From Candidatus Altimarinota bacterium (GTDB lineage: Bacteria; Patescibacteriota; Gracilibacteria; UBA1369): a DNA stretch of 32,000 nt. Shown in pieces: positions 19,901 through 26,566 of this stretch. The stretch's first letter is position 1; every line of letters begins with the position of its first letter. The notes beneath the pieces are model-generated. The model worked only from the letters and a program-made list of their open reading frames with translations. It made no database searches and was not told the DNA's origin. Location: positions 30,001 to 62,000 of the forward strand of contig JBAZYK010000002.1 in the NCBI GenBank assembly GCA_041659405.1, read 5' to 3'. The position numbers and the translations under genes were made by a program.

Positions 19901-20122
19901 CATCGTCCAATAACGGGTAACCGCATCTTTCAGCGAATTGGCCATAATATGACCATAATGAGGAAGTCCGTTCGCAAATGGAGGTCCATCAAAAAACACG
20001 AATTTCTTTTCGCCTTCACGAGCCTGCACGGATTTTTCAAAGATTTTTTGCTCCTCCCAAAATTCAAGAACAGCTTCTTCCATTTTTGGAAATGATTGCT
20101 TTGGATCAACAGATTTAAACAT
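16940..20122 (-). CDS. ileS: Isoleucyl-tRNA synthetase, eukaryotic-like/type 2 form
   Basis: DGPPFANGLPHYGHIMANSLKD, NGWDCHGLPVEYEIEKEL, GWTTTPWTLPGN, GEKLSKRKKNYPDPN; 1060 aa. Confidence 0.96.
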   Translation of the reverse strand: MFKSVDPKQSFPKMEEAVLEFWEEQKIFEKSVQAREGEKKFVFFDGPPFANGLPHYGHIMANSLKDAVTRYWTMKGFYVPRTNGWDCHGLPVEYEIEKELQLNGKKDIEKLGVAVFNEKCRQSVFRYTKEWETLLKRIARWVDFGDSYATLDNSYMESIWWVFKQIYDKKMVYQGYKSMHICPRCETPLSNFEVSQGYKDVTDLSVIAKFKLVDEENTYVLGWTTTPWTLPGNIAICFGPKVEYVKVAVKTEDKEEFYILAKARVEAVLKDMEYRLIESVDPKKMKGKKYVPLFDFFVDEVELAIKEKGQKAYEIVLDDYVTTEDGTGVVHIAPMFGEDDYRVAEKNKLVLVQHVGMDGAFTKEVTPWVGKFVKGQDQNVVEDLKKRGLCFSAYNFRHSYPHCWRCDTPLLNYMTGSWFIKVSEIKSALLKNNKKIHWQPEHIQQGRFGKWLEGARDWAISRNRFWGCAMPIWQCESGHTECLGSIEELKKRSGGKLPMRKDENGKMILDLHKPYIDEITITCDKCEKKMHRISEVLDCWFESGSMPYAQLHYPFENKKEFEDNFPANFIAEGVDQTRGWFYTLHVLAGILFDKPAFKNVIVNGILLAADGEKLSKRKKNYPDPNVLFNTLGVDSTRMFLYTSTAPLAEDVRFSEKHVEEIVKKFTLTLWNSYSFFVTYANIDKWDSKKLKKNFAPKHKLDQWIMSELNELILSVSEEMDTYNLTKATRPMLEFVDNLSNWYVRRSRRRFWKSENDADKFEAYQTLYVVLVELSKLLAPFMPFLADEIYKNLTTAEAGSSTGEESVHLADWPKANKKHIKPELNQETHVVRKIVALGHAVRDKANLKVRQPLNLVQVALPKTISEKLVLQQKDVICEELNVKNLEILKDVHAVITQVVMPNAKVLGPKYGKDVQEIIRKAKAGEFEIHADGTIKVGEFILTGDEVQIGFHGKEGFDVASDEGISVVLDTVVSEELKQEGQAREIIRVVQDLRKEAGYNVSDRIYVYIHAPKPLDSAVTNFADYICRETLAMELQDKGDFEWDKERVVDVDGVEIKVAVRK

Positions 20123-20228
20123 ATAAAAAAGAAAATTGAATCAGGGGAATTTTAATAGATTTCGAGCTAACATGCCAGAGAGATTGGAAAACGCTGGTTT
20201 TTAGCCATCAACTCATCAAAGAAAATCA

Positions 20229-21293
20229 TCATGCATTATCAGGCTTCTTTAAATTTTCCGGTCTCAATTTCCTAATCTGCTGACCAGTTTGCCAGATTTC
20301 CTCATTATGGATAACCGACAACTCCTCATCCAATTTTTCACGATAATCCGGCTTACTATTTTTATCCAAAACAATTTTAGCTTCAGTACCATCAGCCACA
20401 TTTCTATAAAGATCAGCAAAAACAGGAGAAACTGCACTCCTAAAACGGCCCTTCCAATCCAAAGCCCCTCTTTGTGCGGTTGTAGAACAAACAGATAAAA
20501 GCCCATCCAGCCCCTTTTCCCCCAACATTGTTGCCAACCATTGAGTCAGTTCTTCTACACTCTCGTTAAAAGCCTCACTTGGGGTATGCCCATTTTTTCG
20601 TAATTCATAATATTGAGCTTCAATAATCCCAGCAATTGCACCTAATAAAACACCGCGTTCACCGGTTAAATCGCCATAAACTTCACGTTCAAAAGTTGTA
20701 GGAAAAATAAAACTTGACCCAATACCAATTCCTAAAGCCAAACAACGATCTTTTGCCCTCCCTGTCGCATCCTGATAAACAGCAAAACTGCTATTTATAC
20801 CGCTACCTTTAATAAAATTTCTGCGAACGGAAAGCCCAGAACCCTTTGGCGCAATCAAAATCACATCCACATCTTTTGGAGGAATTACATCGGTCAAATC
20901 CTTATAAGTAATAGAGAAACCGTGTGAAAAATATAGCGCTTTGCCTTTAGTTAAATTAGGTTTTAGCTCGGGCCAATATACCTTTTGCCCGGCATCGGAA
21001 AGCAAATACATTATAATCGTAGCTTTTTCCGCCGCCTCTTCCAATTCGAACAAAGTCTTGCCTGGAATCCATCCATCCTGCACCGCCTTATCCCAACTCT
21101 TAGAATTTTTGCGCTGGCCGATTATGACTTTAATGCCATTGTCTTGTAAATTAAGGGCTTGCCCCGGCCCTTGCACGCCATAGCCCAAAACCGCCACCAC
21201 TTCATCTTTCAAAACTTCTTGAGCCTTTTTAAGCGGGAATTCATCACGAGTAACCACCTCTTCCATCACCCCGCCAAAATTAAGATTTGCCAT
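20229..21293 (-). CDS. ilvC: Ketol-acid reductoisomerase, Bacteroidetes/fungal-like form
   Basis: VAVLGYGVQGPGQALNLQDNG, LLSDAGQKVYWPELKPNLTKGKALYFSHGF, NGHTPSEAFNESVEE, CSTTAQRGALDW, PDYREKLDEEL. Confidence 0.94.
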   Translation of the reverse strand: MANLNFGGVMEEVVTRDEFPLKKAQEVLKDEVVAVLGYGVQGPGQALNLQDNGIKVIIGQRKNSKSWDKAVQDGWIPGKTLFELEEAAEKATIIMYLLSDAGQKVYWPELKPNLTKGKALYFSHGFSITYKDLTDVIPPKDVDVILIAPKGSGLSVRRNFIKGSGINSSFAVYQDATGRAKDRCLALGIGIGSSFIFPTTFEREVYGDLTGERGVLLGAIAGIIEAQYYELRKNGHTPSEAFNESVEELTQWLATMLGEKGLDGLLSVCSTTAQRGALDWKGRFRSAVSPVFADLYRNVADGTEAKIVLDKNSKPDYREKLDEELSVIHNEEIWQTGQQIRKLRPENLKKPDNA

Positions 21294-21296
21294 AAA

Positions 21297-22277
21297 TTAA
21301 ACATTAAATGGCGTTAACCAATGTGCGAACTCTTTTACCTGCCCCTCTCTAACTTTATCAAAAAGTGCTGCTAATTTTTTAGTCACAGGCCCAATACCCA
21401 ATTTATATCTACCCAATTGAGTGACCGGTCCAATGAAACTGGCTGTGCCCGTTACGAAAATTTCTTCACTTTCCAAACCATCACTTAAGGTAACTTCCCC
21501 TTCTCTCACTGGAATCTTCAAGAATTTAGCCATCTTAAGAACGCTGTCTCTGGTAATTCCATTCAGAATAAAATCCCCGGAACCAGGCGTTAACAGCTGT
21601 CCGTTCTTAACAAAAAACAAATTACTGGTGGTTCCTTCCGTAAAAATTAATTTTCCACCTTTACCCAAGCCCAACTGAAAAACATCATCATATTTGCCGT
21701 TGGCACTTTCACGAATCATGCCATATTCCGGATACTTTCCCATACCTTTAACCGGATAATGACTATAACGTCCCGCACGCACAAAATCAGCAACAGTCGC
21801 AGAAATCCCACCGGCAGGCAAATAATTCCCAAATGGAAAACATTCAATCACCACATGCGTATCATGACCATAGAAAGGCTTAACCACAGGATCAGAGTGA
21901 TACATTTTTGGCCGAATATAAATACTTTGAAGTTCACGCTTCCCTTTCAAATACTGAAAGTTTTTCTCCACACATTCAACCAACCCTTTCAAAACTTGTT
22001 TCTCGGAAAGATCACACTTCAAATTCATTTGTTTCCAACCATCAAGCATGCGTTTAACATGATCCTTAAAACGAAAACCAAACACGCCCTTCCTTGTAAC
22101 ATTGGCACGAATTCCATCAATCAAAACCACAGAATAATCCATAGCCTGACTAAAAGTCGGCACAGTTGGCACTCCATGTTCATCATGATGACAAAGTTTT
22201 CCGTCTAACCAATAGTATGGAAGAAGCTCCCCTTGTTGAGCTTTTAAAGAGGTCATAATAATATTATAAGCATTCAA
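21297..22277 (-). CDS. ilvE: Class IV (branched-chain-like) aminotransferase
   Basis: DYSVVLIDGIRANVTRKG, RFKDHVKRML, TEGTTSNLFFVKNGQLLTPG, LNGITRDSVLKMAK, ITGTASF-like FVTGTASFIGPV; adjacent to ilvC. Confidence 0.85.
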   Translation of the reverse strand: MNAYNIIMTSLKAQQGELLPYYWLDGKLCHHDEHGVPTVPTFSQAMDYSVVLIDGIRANVTRKGVFGFRFKDHVKRMLDGWKQMNLKCDLSEKQVLKGLVECVEKNFQYLKGKRELQSIYIRPKMYHSDPVVKPFYGHDTHVVIECFPFGNYLPAGGISATVADFVRAGRYSHYPVKGMGKYPEYGMIRESANGKYDDVFQLGLGKGGKLIFTEGTTSNLFFVKNGQLLTPGSGDFILNGITRDSVLKMAKFLKIPVREGEVTLSDGLESEEIFVTGTASFIGPVTQLGRYKLGIGPVTKKLAALFDKVREGQVKEFAHWLTPFNV

Positions 22278-22278
22278 A

Positions 22279-22881
22279 TTATTTCTTCAAAACCATCTTC
22301 AAAAACTCCGGATCCGAAGCAATTTTGCTTTCTTCCGGATAGACCTGTCCCTGATATTTGGAACTTCCTTTTTTATGATACGGAACTTCAGCAGGAGAAG
22401 ACATTTCCTCAAACGCAAGCTGACAAACACGCATGCCCGGGTACAAAGCCACTGGCATTCTATTAATGTTGGTGATCTCCAAAGTGATAGTTCCCTCAAA
22501 TCCCGCATCCACAAAACCGGCAGTGGAATGAATAATAATTCCAAGACGTCCCAGCGAACTGCGCCCCTCCACACGCGCCACCATATCATCGGGAATCTTA
22601 ATTCTTTCCAATGTAACACCCAAAACAAACTCGCCCGGTTGAACAATAAAAGGAACACGTTCATCATCAACTTCAATCAATTTAGCAATATCTTTAAACG
22701 TATCAGGCTGTAAAGGATCAAGCACTGCAAATCTGGTGTGATCATAAATTTTGAAATATTTACCAAGACGCAAATCCAAAGAAGATGCATGCACATTAGC
22801 CAAATGATCATTGTTGGGGGAAGTTACAACTATATCCCCTTTCAACATTCTAGCCTTAATATCACGATCAGAGAGAATCAT
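22279..22881 (-). CDS. dcd: dCTP deaminase, probably dUMP-forming (Dcd-Dut like)
   Basis: ILSDRDIKARM, PGEFVLGVTLE, GRSSLGRLG, HSTAGFVDAGFEGTITLEITN, SSKYQGQ. Confidence 0.93.
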   Translation of the reverse strand: MILSDRDIKARMLKGDIVVTSPNNDHLANVHASSLDLRLGKYFKIYDHTRFAVLDPLQPDTFKDIAKLIEVDDERVPFIVQPGEFVLGVTLERIKIPDDMVARVEGRSSLGRLGIIIHSTAGFVDAGFEGTITLEITNINRMPVALYPGMRVCQLAFEEMSSPAEVPYHKKGSSKYQGQVYPEESKIASDPEFLKMVLKK

Positions 22882-22884
22882 AAA

Positions 22885-24267
22885 CTAATTCTTAAGAAAC
22901 ATCGGCTCGTACGCCTCAACCAATTCCAAAGCCAGCCCAATATACCTTTCAGGTGTCAATGTTTTCAACCTCTTTTTTTCTACAGCTGGGATTTTTAGAC
23001 CATCAATAAACTTGGAAATAGTTTTTTGATCTATTTTCTTACCACGAGTTAAAGCTTTTAACTGTTCATAAGGTTTTTCAAGACGATATTTTCTCATTAC
23101 AGTTTGAATCGGTTCCGCCAAAAGTTCCCAAGCGCTGGTAAGGTCACGACTAATCGCCTCCTTGTTCAATTCCAACTTGCCTAAACCTTGAATACAATTT
23201 TTGTACGCCAACACAGAATAACCAACCGCAGAGCCAATGTTGCGCAGTACCGTAGAATCGGTCAAATCACGTTGAAAGCGAGACATCGGCAGCTTTGCCG
23301 AAAAATGTTCAAGCATAGCATTTGCCATTCCAAGATTACCTTCACTGTTCTCAAAATCAATCGGATTAACTTTATGAGGCATAGTGGAAGACCCAACCTC
23401 ACCCGCTTTAAGCTGTTGTTTAAAATAACCAAGGCTTATATACCCCCAAATATCTCTATCAAAATCCATCAAAACCACATTGATACGTTTAAGTGCATCA
23501 AAGATCTCCGCCATATAATCGTGCGGTTCAATTTGAGTGGTGTATAGGTTAAAATCCAATCCCAAAGCTTGTACAAATTTCTTACTCGCACCAACCCAAT
23601 TAACACCAGGATAAGCCACAACATGAGCATTGAAATTGCCAACTGCTCCATTGATTTTCCCATACATAGGAATAGCTTCCAGCGCGTTCATCTGGTTTTC
23701 CAACCTTGCCAAAACGTTAATAAATTCTTTTCCAAGAGTTGTTGGCGAAGCTGGTTGCCCATGTGTCCTTGCCATCATTGGAATTGCCTTATATTTTTTA
23801 GCATTTTCATAGATAAGTTCAGATACACCACTTAAAATCGGCATGATCAATTTTTCCAAAGAGTCCTTTAACGTTAACGCATAAGCCAAATTGTTGATAT
23901 CTTCAGATGTACACGCAAAATGAATAAACTCGAAATAAGGCTCAAACACAGAGCCTTTTAGATTCTCTTTAATAAAATATTCAATAGCCTTCACGTCATG
24001 ATTGGTAGTCTTTTCGATTTCTTTAACACGATTGCCATTCACAACATCAAAATCCTGATAAATAGTGCGGAGTTGCTTTACCTCAGCGGCTTTCCAAACT
24101 TTAGTTCCTTCAAGTTTGAGATCATTGCAGATAAAAATAAACCATTCAATCTCAACCAAAACACGAAACCCCATCAACGCAAACTCACTAAAATATCCTC
24201 TTAAATCATTTAGTTTTTCGGCATAACGGCCATCAAGAGGAGAAATATTAATGAGAGGATCGCGCAT
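22885..24267 (-). CDS. purB: Adenylosuccinate lyase (long E. coli-like type)
   Basis: ISPLDGRYAEKLNDLRGYFSEFALMGFRV, TTNHDVKAIEYF, SSTMPHKVNPIDFENSEGNLG. Confidence 0.96.
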   Translation of the reverse strand: MRDPLINISPLDGRYAEKLNDLRGYFSEFALMGFRVLVEIEWFIFICNDLKLEGTKVWKAAEVKQLRTIYQDFDVVNGNRVKEIEKTTNHDVKAIEYFIKENLKGSVFEPYFEFIHFACTSEDINNLAYALTLKDSLEKLIMPILSGVSELIYENAKKYKAIPMMARTHGQPASPTTLGKEFINVLARLENQMNALEAIPMYGKINGAVGNFNAHVVAYPGVNWVGASKKFVQALGLDFNLYTTQIEPHDYMAEIFDALKRINVVLMDFDRDIWGYISLGYFKQQLKAGEVGSSTMPHKVNPIDFENSEGNLGMANAMLEHFSAKLPMSRFQRDLTDSTVLRNIGSAVGYSVLAYKNCIQGLGKLELNKEAISRDLTSAWELLAEPIQTVMRKYRLEKPYEQLKALTRGKKIDQKTISKFIDGLKIPAVEKKRLKTLTPERYIGLALELVEAYEPMFLKN

Positions 24268-24269
24268 AT

Positions 24270-24289
24270 TAATTAGTAATTAATAATTA
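24270..24289 (-). repeat. AT-rich pur leader element, copy upstream of purB
   Basis: + strand TAATTAGTAATTAATAATTA, 2 bp from the purB start codon. Confidence 0.6.
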
Positions 24290-24313
24290 GGAATGAGTAA
24301 TTTTGAATCTGTT

Positions 24314-24769
24314 TTAAACCTTAAATCCAGCCTTCACTTTTTTAACATGCTCTTCATATTTTGTACGAAGATCAGCGTCACTCAAAGCAAAAATCCTTAC
24401 AATCGCCAATGCCGCATTTACCGGATCCAGAACAGTCAAAACAGGAACTTCAGACGGCATTTGCAAAGTGGAATTAATATTTACCGCCATATCATCTTTA
24501 TCCGCAAAAGGAGGACAAGCAATCACAGGATGAATACTTGAACCGGCAGTCACACCGGAAAGTCCATTAGAACGCCCGGCAATCGTTACATAGCAAACCG
24601 GCTCTTTAGATTCATTATATTTATTGATTACCTCAATCAAAAGTTCCGGAACCTTATGAGCCGAAACAACATGTACCTTGGAAGGAATATTCCACTTATC
24701 AAGTTCTTTAGTGATTTTAGAAGCCCAGTCTTTGTCTTTTTCTGAACCGAGGAGAACGGGAACTATCAT
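24314..24769 (-). CDS. purE: AIR carboxylase-like PurE, class II (CO2-using type)
   Basis: LLGSEKDKDWASKI, VVSAHKVPELL, VTIAGRSNGLSGVTAGSSIHPVIACPP, STLQMPSEVPVLTVLDPVNAALAIVRIFAL. Confidence 0.9.
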   Translation of the reverse strand: MIVPVLLGSEKDKDWASKITKELDKWNIPSKVHVVSAHKVPELLIEVINKYNESKEPVCYVTIAGRSNGLSGVTAGSSIHPVIACPPFADKDDMAVNINSTLQMPSEVPVLTVLDPVNAALAIVRIFALSDADLRTKYEEHVKKVKAGFKV

Positions 24770-24770
24770 G

Positions 24771-24789
24771 TAATTAGTAATTAATAATT
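24771..24789 (-). repeat. AT-rich pur leader element, copy upstream of purE
   Basis: + strand TAATTAGTAATTAATAATT, 1 bp from the purE start codon; identical 19-mer to the purB copy. Confidence 0.6.
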
Positions 24790-25766
24790 TATAGGTATTT
24801 TGCTAAATTCGTCTTAATACGCTCGGCAACCGGACCAACCTGAGCATTAAATTTCTGACCGGTAATCAGTTCAAAGGCTTCAATATATCTTCGCGCTGTT
24901 TCTGCCCTTATTTCATCCGGAATAACAGGAACTTCACCATCACCACGAAAACCTCGCTCTGCAAGCCATTCACGCAGATACTCTTTATCAATTTTCTTTT
25001 GCTCTTCACCTGCCGCAAAACGTTTTTCATATTCATTCGCGAACCAGAAACGGGAAGAATCAGGCGTATGAATCTCATCAATCAAAACAATTTCACCTGC
25101 TGGCGTCATCCCAAATTCATACTTTGTATCAACCAGAATAATCCCCTGCTTTGCCGCAATTTCAACACCACGTTGATATAGTTTCAACGATGCCTCAGCT
25201 ATTTTGTCGTATTGTTCAGGAGTCAAATTGGTGCGCTTCAAAATTTCATCGCGTGAAACAGACTCATCATGATCACCATGTTCTGCTTTAGTGGAAGGCG
25301 TTAAAATCGGTTTTTCAAACTTCTGATTTTTCTTGAGACCTTCCGGCAAAACATTTCCACAAAAATTACGAACACCTTTTTCATAGTTATACCAGGCACT
25401 TGTAGAAGTTACGCCGGTAATATAGCCACGAACCACCATTTCCAGCGGTAAAGGCTTACATTGCTTTGCAATAACCACATTAGGATCAGGAAATTCGATC
25501 ACATGATTACCCAAAATATCCTTGGTCTGTTCAAACCAAAACTTGGCCATCTGATTCAAAACCTGACCTTTAAAAGGAATCAGGCAAATCACCCGATCAA
25601 AAGCGGAAAGTCGATCAGTCACAATAATCACGCGTTTATCCCCTTTTGTGTAATTGTCGCGCACCTTGCCCTCATATTTCTCGCCCATGGTTGGAAAATC
25701 CGTACTCCCTAAACAATGCGGAATCTGCTCAATTAAAGGATTCCCACTTTGAATTTTATCGTCCAT
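24789..25766 (-). CDS. purC: Phosphoribosylaminoimidazole-succinocarboxamide synthase (long form)
   Basis: YEGKVRDNYTKGDKRVIIVTDRLSAFDRV, VVRGYITGVTSTSAW, PILTPSTKAEHGDHDESVS, LVDTKYEFG, LIDEIHTPDSSRFW. Confidence 0.95.
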   Translation of the reverse strand: MDDKIQSGNPLIEQIPHCLGSTDFPTMGEKYEGKVRDNYTKGDKRVIIVTDRLSAFDRVICLIPFKGQVLNQMAKFWFEQTKDILGNHVIEFPDPNVVIAKQCKPLPLEMVVRGYITGVTSTSAWYNYEKGVRNFCGNVLPEGLKKNQKFEKPILTPSTKAEHGDHDESVSRDEILKRTNLTPEQYDKIAEASLKLYQRGVEIAAKQGIILVDTKYEFGMTPAGEIVLIDEIHTPDSSRFWFANEYEKRFAAGEEQKKIDKEYLREWLAERGFRGDGEVPVIPDEIRAETARRYIEAFELITGQKFNAQVGPVAERIKTNLAKYL

Positions 25767-25768
25767 TT

Positions 25769-25801
25769 TAATTAGTAATTAGAAATTAATAATTAGTAAT
25801 T
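25769..25801 (-). repeat. AT-rich pur leader element, duplicated copy upstream of purC
   Basis: + strand TAATTAGTAATT (25769-25780) - AGAAATTAA - TAATTAGTAATT (25790-25801), 2 bp from the purC start codon. Confidence 0.6.
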
Positions 25802-25818
25802 GTTCTTTTTGATAGAAA

Positions 25819-25859
25819 GAGGGCGCACTTGATCGCACCTTATATACCCGTGCGCCCTC
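25819..25859 (-). promoter_or_regulatory. Perfect 10-bp GC-rich inverted repeat (terminator, operator or 5' leader hairpin)
   Basis: GAGGGCGCAC (25819-25828) and GTGCGCCCTC (25850-25859) are exact reverse complements, separated by 21 nt, in the gap between hisIE end and purC start. Confidence 0.55.
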
Positions 25860-25936
25860 AATATACTGGATTGGCTTAGGATAGCGCAAGAAAATATTAA
25901 TCCGGATTATCGGCAATAATATCGCACATTCCACAC

Positions 25937-26566
25937 TTACTTATTTCTTTTACTGATCTCTTTGAAGATCTGTTCGATTTTTAAGTTGTTATTCACTAAT
26001 AAAACAAATAAGTGGTAAAGAAGATCAACACTTTCCTCTATCAATCGTTTAGGAGTTTCTTTCTTAGCTGCGCGAACAACCTCCGCCGCCTCTTCATAAA
26101 TCTTTTCGCAAATTTTATCCAAACCTTTCTGGAAAAGAAAAACCGTGTACGAACCTTCTGGAAGTTTTCGTTTGCGATTTTTGATAAGTTCAAAAAGCTC
26201 CTGAATAGCTGCACCATCCTTATCATTTAATTTATCACCTCTAAAACAAGTCGCTTCACCCGTATGGCAACTTGACCCTACCGGATTAGCCTTTAGTAGC
26301 AAAGTATCGTTATCACAATCCAAAGATATATCAACAATTTTGAGTACATTTTTGCTTTCTTCACCTTTCATCCATAAACGTTTTTTAGTTCGGCTATAAA
26401 ACCAAGCTTTTTGGGTAGACATAGTCTTTTTTAAAGCATCATTATTCATATAACCAAGCATAATGATCTGACCAGTCATAGCATTTTGAATAATTGCAGG
26501 GACCAGACCGTTTACTTTTTCCCAATTGATAGCTTTTGTAAGTTGAGCAAAGTTCTTTTTTTTCAT
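25937..26566 (-). CDS. hisIE: Bifunctional phosphoribosyl-AMP cyclohydrolase / phosphoribosyl-ATP pyrophosphohydrolase
   Basis: HisI part: [63 protein letters not shown]. HisE part: [45 protein letters not shown]. Confidence 0.94.
   Translation of the reverse strand: MKKKNFAQLTKAINWEKVNGLVPAIIQNAMTGQIIMLGYMNNDALKKTMSTQKAWFYSRTKKRLWMKGEESKNVLKIVDISLDCDNDTLLLKANPVGSSCHTGEATCFRGDKLNDKDGAAIQELFELIKNRKRKLPEGSYTVFLFQKGLDKICEKIYEEAAEVVRAAKKETPKRLIEESVDLLYHLFVLLVNNNLKIEQIFKEISKRNK

Noticed and set aside
20123-20228. Possible T-box or amino-acid leader between ileS and ilvC
   Set aside because: The gap is about 106 bp and lies downstream of ilvC and upstream of ileS on the minus strand. I saw no T-box sequence and only a weak AAAAC/GTTTT stem.
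22299-22713. ORFs of 125 aa and 112 aa overlapping dcd
   Set aside because: Fully overlapped by a clear dCTP deaminase reading frame; no family resemblance.
24269-25801. CRISPR-like or tandem repeat array
   Set aside because: The AT-rich copies are tied to three separate start codons and separated by whole genes; there are no regular spacers and no cas genes.
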